Shown: one piece after another, positions 11,810 through 22,629 of the stretch
Layout: every line of letters begins with the position of its first letter
Position numbering within the stretch: the stretch's first letter is position 1
Origin: Anthoceros angustus
Taxonomy: Eukaryota; Plantae; Anthocerotophyta
DNA: 64,000 nucleotides
Reading direction: 5' to 3'
NCBI GenBank assembly: GCA_010909165.1
Contig: VJWM01000044.1
Span: 434,001 to 498,000 of the forward strand
Translations under genes and position numbers: made by a program
The notes under the pieces: generated by a model
What the model was told of the DNA's origin: nothing
What the model saw: only the letters and a program-made list of their open reading frames with translations
Database searches by the model: none

Positions 11810-12400
11810 ATTGCACTCCTCATCATCGAGAGACAAACACTGAGGATCTTCACTGATGCTTTTGATTCTCCTGATTTTTCTTTAACTGCAACACGTGCAA
11901 CCGGCTTCGGTTGTTTCTGGGGCTCACCTGCCTTCCTTTTCCGGCACTCTCTTGCCCAGTGTCCGGGCGTTCACACCAATTGCAGTTGCCTGGATGCTTT
12001 GTGGAGCTCGAAGATTCCCCCTTTTGTCCACGTGAATTTACTCCCTTGAATTTTCCTTTGCTTTTTGCGGAAGGGAAGTTGGCTGCTAACACTTTCTCTC
12101 CTTTGCTTTTAGAGACTCCGAAGGCGAAGGCACGGCTCTGCTCTTCCTGGAACAGTGCACCAATCACCTCCTCCAATGTGACGGCCACTGCAGCTCCAGA
12201 AGCAGCAGCTGCGCCTGCAGCACGAAGCGGTCTGTTCTGGCTCGTGATGAAGGTCTGATAGGATGCAGGGAGTGATGTGAGCAGCTGCGCTACATCATCT
12301 ACCACAGAACAGAGGGTCATGAGATTCTGCACTTTGTAGGTCTTTTCCAGCTGATCCCAGATCTCCTTTGCCTTGTCAAGGTACTCAACATCTGGGATGA
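11810..12400 (-). mobile_element. Ty1/Copia gag middle and zinc-knuckle fragment, inverted relative to the N-terminal piece
   Basis: Minus strand reads PDVEYLDKAKEIWDQLEKTY, QLLTSLPASYQTFITS, TLEEVIGALFQEE and a frameshifted CNWC..PGHWARECR knuckle. Confidence 0.8.
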
Positions 12401-12559
12401 GAAGCTTCCTATAACATTCTAGAATCTTCGTAAGTTCTTGCCTTCCTAAACAAGCAACTCCCTAAGAAGAATCCTAAAAACATCGTTAGTTAACTAACAT
12501 ACTTACATTATTAACAAAAAATACCAGCGTAACATCATCCGGCACATAAACTGTGTTCC

Positions 12560-13019
12560 GCCCTCGGAACTATGTCATATACAACTTGAGCCTATCTGAT
12601 TCACATAACCAGGAATAACAGTACCATCAACTCTCTTCAACTTGTACGTACCATTATCATGATGTGTTGCAGCAATCACGAAGGGCCCAAATCACTTCAG
12701 CAACAACTTCTTATGACTACGCCACCCATGTTGAGAATCCAAAATCCACACTGTCTATATCGCCTTCTCTGTATGAATTCGAAATAGTCCTCAACTTCGG
12801 ACGAACACCTCTCTTCTTATCAACTGCCTTCTTCGGTTGACCTTGAGAGACTTCAATCTCTTGCGAAGCTCTCCTTTGATCTTCATCCAGCTTCATGAGC
12901 ATCTTCAAACGTTTTGCAATTGACTCTTCTTCTCCAAGCCTTAAGCGTTGTGCAATCCTCAGAGTCAGTATCTCGTATTCAATAGGTAGCACAACCTCCT
13001 TATCATACACCACACACAA
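12560..13019 (-). mobile_element. Ty3/Gypsy (non-chromovirus, Athila/Tat-like) integrase C-terminal remnant
   Basis: VYDKEVVLPIEYEILTLRI...RLKMLMKLDEDQRRA...DKK followed by K*FGPFVIAATHHDNGTYKLKRVDG (GPF/Y motif), with stops and frameshifts. Confidence 0.75.
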
Positions 13020-14831
13020 TGTATATTAGAGTAAATATTAAATTGCACGTAAATTATACCACTGCATCTCCCTTCCTCAGGACATCACACTACGATTTAA
13101 TCTTACAATAAGGGCTTCCAAGGCTTCCATTGGATCATCTCACCCCTTCCACTACCGGTATAACATGCTCACAGTCCCAACCGCTACGACGACCATACCC
13201 GATCGAGCACGCCTGCAACCTTGGTTAACTCGTCCCCATTCTTGCCAAGTTATGGCGATATCTTGGGTTACTGTGATCCAAATCAAACACAGAAAGCACC
13301 CATTTGTAGCTATGAAGGGGGCTCTCTACGAAGATATGGGACATGCAATTTGGTGTAAGATGGAGGAAGCGACGACTAGAAAACGGATGGCAGTAATCAA
13401 GTTGCATGCAATTCTGATTTTGATATATTTGAGGCATATGAAATCGGAATGCTCTGAAACGAAATGCTTTAGGGACACCTTCAATGGGCTTTGAAATGTA
13501 TGTTTCATAATTTTTTGTTTTCAGAAAGTCAAGAAATTCTGAATTGAGCAGCCTGAACTCTAAAGTGTTGACTTGGATTGCATAGCCAAGGGTTAGATAT
13601 GAGGCTCTTTTTGTGTTGTGTGTATGCTAAGGGCCTGTGCTGGGAATATGATCACTTCACAGTCCTCCACATCTTTGCTTTTACATACATCCCTGGTGTG
13701 CAATAGCTCACTCTTCACTTCACATATCTGCCTGGTATGCAAAAGCTCACCCTTAACCTACATACCTTCACATACGATGATCTTCCTTTTCAAAACCGAG
13801 TAACATAACAGTATGCTGCCTAGTCTCCTAAAACAAGTAGATTTGTTAGAAAAACATCCTTCCGAAATTAGACTACCAACGCTTGGTTCCATTTACCAGT
13901 GCAGTAGTGCATCCATCCACTTTTCCCCACCAGACTTAAGGCAATTTTGAAGTGCCCGCAATCTCTTTAGTCTAATTTTTTTTGGAGAATACCTTTGGTG
14001 TTATTGGAGACCCGCTTTTGCCATGTGTCTGGAGCTCCCAGCTCTAAATCACCAAGGATACTTAAAATTTACAAGAAATTTAGTGAGAAATAAATTAGAT
14101 AAAAGAACTATTGAAGAAAATGCTTGTGGTTATTATTCTTGTCCTGAGCGCTGGATACAAATTAAAGAACCTTAAGATCTCTTGTGTTTTTAAGGGTATT
14201 TTGTGTATAAGGATAGTAGGTATTTTGTCTCTTGCTTCTTAGTACGCGGGGCAGTTAAAGATGGACAACACTGACCACAAAGTAGTAGATGACAACAGAC
14301 GAAGTATTCTCATCTTCATTACTTAGATTTCCACTCCATATTGAATCTTGCTCCGTACATATGCATTGAAGACCTTCATTGCTTATGGGATGCTGGACAA
14401 ACATCCTTCATGGTTAGGTTTCATAAGAGAAAGTCAAAAGTTCAATCGATAGCTTTCACTAAAAATACTTGTTATTACTTCAACCCTACTAAAACCTACT
14501 AGAACTCTAATAAAACCCTGCTAAAATCCTACGAAAAATAATTATTTCAATTTAAACCTTAATAAAATATGTATATTACTTAAAAGTAACACCCTCTTTC
14601 CAGCGGGGTGGGACAATCACACAATTAGCGGCAATAACATTACCAAACACCGGCACTAGGCCTCTAAGTAGCCGGCCGTCCTTCCATAGGACAGCTCGCA
14701 GTCAGCACTTCAGGTGCTGCTCTTTATTCCAATAAGAGTCAACAAGAATACATGAGAGATCAGAGAGAGCCCCATCTTTGCCTAAGCTATGAGCTTAGCT
14801 CTCTCCCCTTGATCTCCTCCTCAACAGCTCT

Positions 14832-15095
14832 CCTCTAGCACGCTCACACTCTTGGCTCCTAAAGCCTGTAGGCACCTCAGTCCTATCCTCACAAGAGTGT
14901 AGCCCCAAGTGCTAAGATCCTCCTAGACATGCTCACACTCTAGGCTCCCAAAGCATGTAGGCATCTCAGTCCTGTCCTCACAAGAGTGTAGCCCCAAGTG
15001 CTAAGATCCTCCTAGACATTCTCACACTCTAGGCTCCCAAAGCCTGTAGGCACCTCGTCCTATCCTCACGAGTGTAACTCCCAATGCTAGGATCA
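14832..15095. repeat. About 89-bp tandem repeat, three diverged copies
   Basis: GCTCACACTC...AAAGC(C/A)TGTAGGCA(C/T)CTCAGTCCT(A/G)TCCTCACAAGAGTGTAGCCCCAAGTGCTAAGATCCTCCTAGAC recurs at about 14842, 14931 and 15020. Confidence 0.85.
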
Positions 15096-15546
15096 TAGGA
15101 TCATGCTCGCTAGGGCTAGCCTCCTCTCCTTTCATAGGGAGGCTTACATGATTCCCAAAGTAACCGCCTAAAGCAGACTATCTTCCTTGAGCCCTAAGCT
15201 AAGCCTTACCACCACTACTTACAACTCACTAAACTAGATCCAGGGCTGCATGCCTCTCATGCAACGCTACTTACTTTAAATATGATTAAAAATTAATAAT
15301 CATATATAAAGATTTAAAGAGATAAAATATGTTGATTAAATATTCTAATTCTATATGTATATAACCTAAATAACCTAGGAGATCCTAATGAGGAGGGATC
15401 CCATGTATAGAGTACCTACCCAATTATGGAGGCGCCTGCGCTCGCCATGGGGCTAGCCCAATTTTATACACTAGCTTCGGCGTACAGAGCACCGTGTGAG
15501 TGAGGGCCGTGCAGACTACAGAGCACCGTCTAGGTTTGCAGCTTCC

Positions 15547-16649
15547 ATGACGATCTCTCCGGGGGCCGTATCGTCGATGCCAAGGGCAGCAATTGTGCGG
15601 GGGGTCCCTGACACCTTCTCCACGTGCTTGACTATGCAACAACCCTTGGCGCCCATCGATGTTGCCCTCGCAAGGCAGCAGCTTGCCAAGTACGTAGAGA
15701 TACTGCGAGGTAAAGGCTCATTGCCATTTTTGTGTGCAAGGCTGAAATTCAGAGTGGGCTGATGGTGAGACCATTGTAGGGACTGTTGTGATGGCGGTCC
15801 ACTCCAGGGCTGGTGCAGGAGGTCGTTATGCTTCCTGCAGATGACGCCTACCCAGATTGCCCGTTTGTGGAAGATACTGCCATTGTGGTGGGCAGCAGGG
15901 CGTTTGTGACGCGGCCGGTACCCGCACTCTCTCTCTCTGCAATTTGCGTTACATTCTGTTCTGCTCTGCTCTGCTCTGCTCCGCTGTGTGACATGGCGCC
16001 AGCTCATTTGTTGTTGGAAGTAATTTCAGGGGGCTGTTTCGAGGAGGGGAGAAGAGGGCGCAGTCCGATCGGCCCTCAAGGCCCTGAAGCTGGAGGTGGT
16101 GGACATGGGCTCTGACGGTGCTCTGGACGGGGGCGACGTGCTCTACGCTGGAGGCTTCCTTTTCGTGGGGAAGAGCAAGCGGACGAACGAGAAGGGCATC
16201 ACAGCACTGGCTGCTGCGTTTTCCGACATTCCCGTCATCACCATCGACGTTCCTGCCGGGTTGCATCTCAAATCAGGTGGTGTGGTATTGGGCCTCACGT
16301 CCGGCTTTCTCCTTTTCAATTTGGGTATGTCTGGAAGCCTGACCAACTAAGTCGACTTGCAGCTCTTTCTGCTGTCGGCCCCGATACACTGGCTGTAGAA
16401 GCTACCGGAGAGGCTCGCAAAATGTTTGAGGCCATCACAAGGGCCAGGAAATTCGATTTCGTGAGCGTGGCCGCCCCTGGAGCAGCAAACACCTTGCGCA
16501 TCGGGCACACGCTTTTGTACCCCTCAGCATTCGGTACAGAATGGGAGAGCCAGTACAGGAAGTTCAACGCTCAGGTGGTTCCGGTGGACATCTCTGAGTT
16601 TCACAAAGGAGACGGAGGTTTAACGTGTCTCTCAATTCTAGTGCCCTGA
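15547..16649 (+). CDS. Dimethylarginine dimethylaminohydrolase (DDAH)-like amidinotransferase-fold enzyme, about 4 exons
   Basis: Exons encode AIVRGVPDTF, ARQQLAKYVEIL, YPDCPFVEDTAIV, LDGGDVL, GLHLKS and DISEFHKGDGGLTCLSILV*. These are the DDAH signature motifs, including the catalytic His and terminal Cys. Introns are GT-AG. Confidence 0.85.
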
Positions 16650-17133
16650 AGGAACTCCATATCGTTCGGGCGCACTGTCTCCTGCCATTTGTGTTGGTAC
16701 ATCTGCCCAAGTTGGCAAAAAACTGTAAAAGGCAATATGTATGTTCTATACTTCCGGTGGCTTTACCTGTCAGCCCGCGTGCCATGATCCATCCCCATCA
16801 GTACTGGAAACACTTCCATTAGTCCTAAAACTCCCACGAAATGGCAACCCGATAATCTTTCATAATTGGCAAGGACACTTGTATCGTCTTCAGGTGTACC
16901 ATCGTCAGGTGTCTCAGGATTCCGGGAGCTTGAGAAATCGCCCAGGTGTCACCTGAAAAAGCCGGATGTACGCTTAAGCTCATGCGTGGAGTCTTCCCAC
17001 TGCAAAACCCAGGCATTATTAGCTCTGATGCGATCGAGATGTCTTTGTGAACGAAGAACTATAGATGGAAGAGCTTGTTTCTTAGTGAGCACTTTCAAAG
17101 GGGGTACTGCTTGAGATGTGCAAATCGGTCAGA

Positions 17134-18724
17134 TCACTTAACATACTTGAAGTATGCTTTGTAACCAGAAAACAATTGACGGGTTACAATATGCTGGAAG
17201 ATTAGACTCCACCTTCTTGCGGCCAGCATCACTAATAGGGTAGCCTCTGCAGTCTTCTCCTTGATTGCCAACATAATCGCGGCAGATAAAACTGTCTTTA
17301 CTATCTGTGCATTCAAGCCCTTAAAGAATCCCAGTGCACCCTCGGTTTTCCAAACCAGCAACATTGCTTCCAACATGGTTCTAGGTCTCGGACGTCCGGT
17401 CTGAATCAAAACTTTACACCTGAACAAGGGGGGTAAAGTAAATTAGTCGGTCCTCACGTCGCAGCAATTCATGGCCTCACACTTGAGTCAAGTCTCCAGT
17501 AGCGTTGCAGAAAGTCTAACCTGATTGCTGGATATGTCAACACGGTGGCAACTGACTTCGAAAATGCCCCCAATAGAAACGCAGATGACACTGACAAAGT
17601 TTGTGACTGACGATTACGCAGCATACGATTTTTAAGCTGTTCGAACACTGTATACTGCGGGAGGCAAAGAACGATGAAGGAAGGCAAAATTTCAGCGATG
17701 CCAATGAAATCTCATCACTGAGGGGCAAAAGATAGTAGGAGCATAAGCGGTTTCACCGGCAAGCAATTCCTCTTCATTGACAGCACCAGCTGAGCTGAGT
17801 ACCTGAATAGCAGGATTGGATGTCAACAGAATAGATGGTCCCAGTCCGTCATAAGCTTCCCTCCAAGTGCCACTTGTAAGAGTTCGCCATAAGCTTTGCG
17901 ACTGTCCAAAGCTGCTAGTCTGGATTCTCGCTGACGCCGTGTCCAAAGGCTGGGGAACAGGAGTTTCCACACTATCTTCAATTCAGCAGCAAAATCAAAC
18001 TAGCTCTAATGAAAGAGCAAGCAACCAGCTCAGTCTCCACGCCACAGCACCTGAAGCTACAAAACAAACGACTCCAAACAAAGAGAAGCTGATGCTAGCG
18101 AATCGGACGACCAACTGATCCCGACGATCCTCTCACTGACATGTTCACCGTGCCTCTTCTTGACGGCTTCATCAGATCACGCACGTTCCCGGACTCGTAC
18201 TCAGTTCATGACCGTAATTCACGCCTAGTACCTGTATAACAATAGTCGTAACAGCTCCTGCAGCTGCAGCGACGGCCAGATTCACCCCCGTCCCCATGGA
18301 TTTCTTCCCCTTCTTAGCGAGGTAGGCCTCCTTGAAGAAGCTGTAGCTGTAAAAGTAAACGAACTGCGAGATAACGGACTGCAGATTCTTCGTTCCCAAG
18401 CCCTGGTACAGCGAGCCAAGCTGGTTTGTCTTCACGGCCTCCTTGAAAACATCCCAAAGAGAGCTGCGCAAGGGACAAACATTAGCCCGCAGCTGAGCGA
18501 TCTAAGAATTCACACCTTGGCGGCACAGCAGAAGCATAATTCGGCACGATGCCGCTGAATGCGCTTGCAAGCATCACGTACTTATATCTGCGCGTCCTGC
18601 TGTCTGCAGATTCCACCTGGTAGATAGTCTTGCAAGTGTCGAGCGGGTAGAGCACCGTGGTGCTCACCAGGCCCCCGACGGCCCCGGACGTGGCCTCGGT
18701 CAGGGACTTGAAATCCACCCCCAT
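17134..18724 (-). CDS. PNC: Peroxisomal adenine nucleotide carrier (mitochondrial carrier family), multi-exon
   Basis: [64 protein letters not shown] and [22 protein letters not shown] match plant PNC1/2. Confidence 0.9.
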
Positions 18725-19241
18725 CGCTGCGAGTGCGCGTCCTGGCGCTACCGCTAGCGCAAGCCTGCGCGCGGCGAGGCTCCGGAGAATGAAGGCGCGC
18801 TCTGCAGGCGGGAGCAGCGGGCCTAGCCGAGACCCCTAGCTCCAGGCCAGACCTGCGCGATCGCGATCGCGCTCGCGGCGCTAAAGGTAGGCCGCAGCTT
18901 GCGCACCAACTGGACCGGGTAGAGGCGGAATCGCAATAGAACCATGGGCCGCTCCGAGGATTGTGCTGCATTTCTTGCTGGGAAACGGCCCTAAGCCCGC
19001 GGGCCGACGAAGATGGCAGAAGACGCTGGCGCACCGAACCGCCTTCTTTCTTCATATTACACGTTGCGGCCCGGGCTTCGCGGTACCGGGCTCGGCGAGC
19101 AGTCGCGATCCGTACACTGTCGCGGAAACTCCTAGTATAGCCGTGCCTCGTCATTCTAAACTATTGTGAACCGAGAATCTGGACTGAATTTTCAGGCCAG
19201 GGTCGGCGACGAGAACAACATGGATCGAAAGTGAGGTATCC

Positions 19242-22200
19242 ATGCTGCTCGCATGGCGCGTGCATTCAGACTGGTTGGGTGATGGTTCCATTAAAGCTCG
19301 TTTTGCAGGAGTGGGTGGATCGTGTGGCGCTTGCGAGGATCGGCCTCAAAGATCCCTTGGTTGTGCAATCTCTGCCCCCGGCAAGGCCCTGGCTGGAGAA
19401 GCTTTCCCGGCTGGCCATGGCGTGGCAAGGTGGGAGGATGGGGAGCTGGAGCGGAGGCTGGGGGCCGTGCTGCGGCTGGATGAGCAGGGGAGGGTGCCGC
19501 CGGTGCAGTTGTTCAAGACGGTGTTGCAGGCTTGCACGAAGAGGAAGGCCCTGGCCGAGGCCAGACAGGTGCACGGGATTTTGGCAAAACATGGGTTGGA
19601 GGGTGATAAGTTTTTGAGCAACTTTTTGGTCACCACGCTGGTTGGGTGTGGAGGCTTTGCGGATGGAGTGGAGCTGTTTGGGAGGTTGGGTTGCCGGACT
19701 GTTTTGTCTTGGACGGCCATCATCTCAGGGTATAGTAATGGTGGGAGATGTAGGGAGGCTCTTGCGTGTTTTGAGAAGATGGAGGAGGAAGGTGTGGAGC
19801 CGGACAAGTATACGTTTGTGAGCTTGCTGAAGGCATGCAGCAGGCTGGAAGACTTGGATGAGGGCAGGCGGATCCATCTGGCCGCTGTGGAGCATGGGTT
19901 TGGGTCAGACGTGTTTGTGGGGAGCACGCTGGTTAGTATGTATGCGAAGTGTGGGAGCATAGCTGATGCGCAGAAGGTGTTTGATGGACTGTCTCAACGG
20001 AATGTTGTGTCGTGGAATGCGATGCTTGCTGCGTATGCACAGAAGGGACTGGCAGAGAGAGCTTTGGAGGTTTATGGGCAAATGCAGGAGGAAGGTGTCT
20101 GGCCGGACGGCCGCACCTTTGTCAGTGTCTTGCAGGCTTGTGGTTCCCTTGCTGAAATGGAGGAAGGTGCGGTTGTGGAGGGGCAGAAAGTTAAGGTGTT
20201 GGCTCTGAGGAAAGGGAGAGAAGTACATGCCGAAGCTGTCAGAATGGGGTTTGAGTCAGACGTGTTTGTGGCTAACACGTTGGTTAGTATGTATGCAAAG
20301 TGTGGCAACATGGTGGATGCCCAGCAGGTGTTTGACCGATCGTCCCACCGCACTGTAGTTTCATGGACAGCAATGGTGGCAGCATGTGTGCAGCAGGACC
20401 AAGGAGACATGGGCTTGCAAATTTATCATCAGATGAAAGAAGCAGGGTGTATGCCCAATTCTTGGACACTTGTCAACGTCCTTAAAGCGTGTAGCAGCAT
20501 TGCAGAAAGAGACAATGGGGAGCTTGTGGAAGGGCAGAGGATCAAAGTGTCAGTACTATGGAAGGGGAAGGAGCTACATGCTGAAGTCAAGCGCGCAGGT
20601 CTTGCTTCCGATGCTTTCGTCCTGGAGGCTTTGATCCGCATGTATGTTACGTGTGGCAGCATCAGTGATGCACAGCAGGTTTTTGATGATTTTCCGAACT
20701 GCAATGAAGAGGCATGGACGGCTATGCTTGCGGCATATGCCCAGCAAGGCCAAGGAGAGAGGGTTTTGCGCTTGTTTTTTCAAATGCGAGAGCTAGGTGT
20801 CGGACCGAGTGCTCAAACTTTTGTCCTTGCTCTACAGGCATGCCGTGCCCTTGCTGCAGAAGAGTTAAGCTCGCTTGTGTGTGGGCAAGCCTTCAAACTG
20901 CAGTCGCTGCAACTGGGGAAGGAAATTCATGCAGCAGCTGTCAGCATGGGTTTTGGATCAAACTTGTTTGTTGGTAGCTCTTTGATAAGTATGTATGCAA
21001 GATGTGGGAGCCTTGCAGAAGCACAGCAAGCGTTTGATAGATTGCCCAAGTATGACAGAGTGTCGTGGACTGCCCTGCTCACAGCATATGCTCAGCATGG
21101 TCAAGGAGAGAAGGCCTTGCAAACATACTTCCAAATGAAAGAGGAAGGCTTCAAGCCGGATGGTCAGACCTTTGTCGGCCTTCTCCAGGCATGTGCCGCC
21201 CTTGCAGAAAAGGAAGTCAGCAATGTACACGGCGTTAAACTGGAGTCACTGCGCAAAGGAAGAGAACTACATTCTGAAGCTGTGAGCATGGGATGGGAAA
21301 CAAACGTGTTTGTTGGTACTGCTTTGATCAGTATGTATGCAAAGTGTGGATGCATCCCGGAGGCAGAAGAAGTGTTTGAGCGATTGCCTCAGCACAATGT
21401 GGTGTCATGGACTGCAATGATTGCAGCATATACTCAGCATGACCATGGAGAGAAGGCCTTGCAACTCTATGGTCAGATGCAAGGTGAAGGCATGATGCCA
21501 GTGGAAACCACTTATCTGTCTGTCCTGGAAGCTTGCAGCAGGACAGGAGCTATAGGGATGTGCTTGCAGACCCACAGAAGTATTCTGGAAAGAGAATTTG
21601 AGTGTAGCCTCTATTTGACAAACAGTCTCATTCATGCATATGGCAAATGTGGGAGCATGGTGGATGCTCATCGTGTATTCGACTCACTGCCCCAGCCCGA
21701 CGTGGTGTCATGGAATGCACTGATTGCTGGGTACGCTCGACTAGGCGATTGTGAGACAAGTATCCGGTGTTTCGAGGAGATGTGCGATGCTGGTGTTGAG
21801 CCAGATGGTGTCACATTCATGGCACTTATCTTGGGATGCAGTCATGCTTGCATGGTGGATAAGGGACTGAAGTACTTCGAAAGCATGACCAGGGATTATG
21901 AGATAACTGCAGAGCTGGACCATTATGTCTCGATGATCGATCTTGTAGGTCGTGCAGGACTGTTCACCAAGGCAGACGATCTGCTTCGTGAAATGCCAAT
22001 GCAACCTGATTTTAGTGTGTGGCTGTGTTTGCTGGGTGCTTGCCGAAATCATAGCAATGTGATGCTGGGAAGGCATTGTTTCAATCTTGCAACTAGTCTT
22101 GAGCCAACACAAGCTGCACCGTATGTCCTCATGTCAAACATCTATGCTCAACTTGGCATGTGGGATTCTGCCGAGGAAATAGATGGGCTCAGACAGAGAG

Positions 22201-22337
22201 CAGGTGTGCGAAAGACGCCTGGCCAGACCTGGATTGAACATGAAGAAAAAGTTCACACATTCCTGGTTGATGATCAGAAGCATCCGCACACAGCCCAGCT
22301 GTATGCATTGCTGAAGGATTTGAGCTTGCAGCTGTGA
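19242..22337 (+). CDS. PLS-class PPR protein, E1-E2-E+ (PG box, truncated before the deaminase), intronless, 1031 aa
   Basis: About 23 P/L/S motifs (VVSWNAM.., FVG..L..MYAKCG), then E1/E2 and KTPGQTWIEHEEKVHTFLVDDQKHPH followed by a stop. No HxE/CxxC. Confidence 0.95.
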   Translation: MLLAWRVHSDWLGDGSIKARFAGVGGSCGACEDRPQRSLGCAISAPGKALAGEAFPAGHGVARWEDGELERRLGAVLRLDEQGRVPPVQLFKTVLQACTKRKALAEARQVHGILAKHGLEGDKFLSNFLVTTLVGCGGFADGVELFGRLGCRTVLSWTAIISGYSNGGRCREALACFEKMEEEGVEPDKYTFVSLLKACSRLEDLDEGRRIHLAAVEHGFGSDVFVGSTLVSMYAKCGSIADAQKVFDGLSQRNVVSWNAMLAAYAQKGLAERALEVYGQMQEEGVWPDGRTFVSVLQACGSLAEMEEGAVVEGQKVKVLALRKGREVHAEAVRMGFESDVFVANTLVSMYAKCGNMVDAQQVFDRSSHRTVVSWTAMVAACVQQDQGDMGLQIYHQMKEAGCMPNSWTLVNVLKACSSIAERDNGELVEGQRIKVSVLWKGKELHAEVKRAGLASDAFVLEALIRMYVTCGSISDAQQVFDDFPNCNEEAWTAMLAAYAQQGQGERVLRLFFQMRELGVGPSAQTFVLALQACRALAAEELSSLVCGQAFKLQSLQLGKEIHAAAVSMGFGSNLFVGSSLISMYARCGSLAEAQQAFDRLPKYDRVSWTALLTAYAQHGQGEKALQTYFQMKEEGFKPDGQTFVGLLQACAALAEKEVSNVHGVKLESLRKGRELHSEAVSMGWETNVFVGTALISMYAKCGCIPEAEEVFERLPQHNVVSWTAMIAAYTQHDHGEKALQLYGQMQGEGMMPVETTYLSVLEACSRTGAIGMCLQTHRSILEREFECSLYLTNSLIHAYGKCGSMVDAHRVFDSLPQPDVVSWNALIAGYARLGDCETSIRCFEEMCDAGVEPDGVTFMALILGCSHACMVDKGLKYFESMTRDYEITAELDHYVSMIDLVGRAGLFTKADDLLREMPMQPDFSVWLCLLGACRNHSNVMLGRHCFNLATSLEPTQAAPYVLMSNIYAQLGMWDSAEEIDGLRQRAGVRKTPGQTWIEHEEKVHTFLVDDQKHPHTAQLYALLKDLSLQL

Positions 22338-22629
22338 CTAAACAACGAAGCAAATGAAAGTGCTTTTTTCTCGTGTTGTTAACCTCGACCACCAAATTTT
22401 CACTCAAACCGCTGTCCTCAGTTCTTAAGCCAAGTTGTAGGTGCTATGAGCTCGACCGTCCGCAATCGAACCTATGAAAAGGGAACATGATCGCGAACAT
22501 GAAAGCACGCAGCAGGGCATGCTTGCCGAAGTGCGTGTTTCGTGTTTCCTCACCTCAAATGGAGCGTGATTAGCCAAAACACGATGGGTTAAATGAGACT
22601 GGCCCTGGTCCAGGAGGGAACCAGCGCAG

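Noticed and set aside
13165-13494. 109-aa ORF as a gene
   Set aside because: No recognisable motif, protein-like fragments switch frames and contain stops, and it lies within the TE-rich block.
22338-22620. Frameshifted DYW continuation of the first PPR
   Set aside because: No HxE, CxxC or DYW-like residues are visible in any frame after the stop, so the E+ truncation appears genuine.
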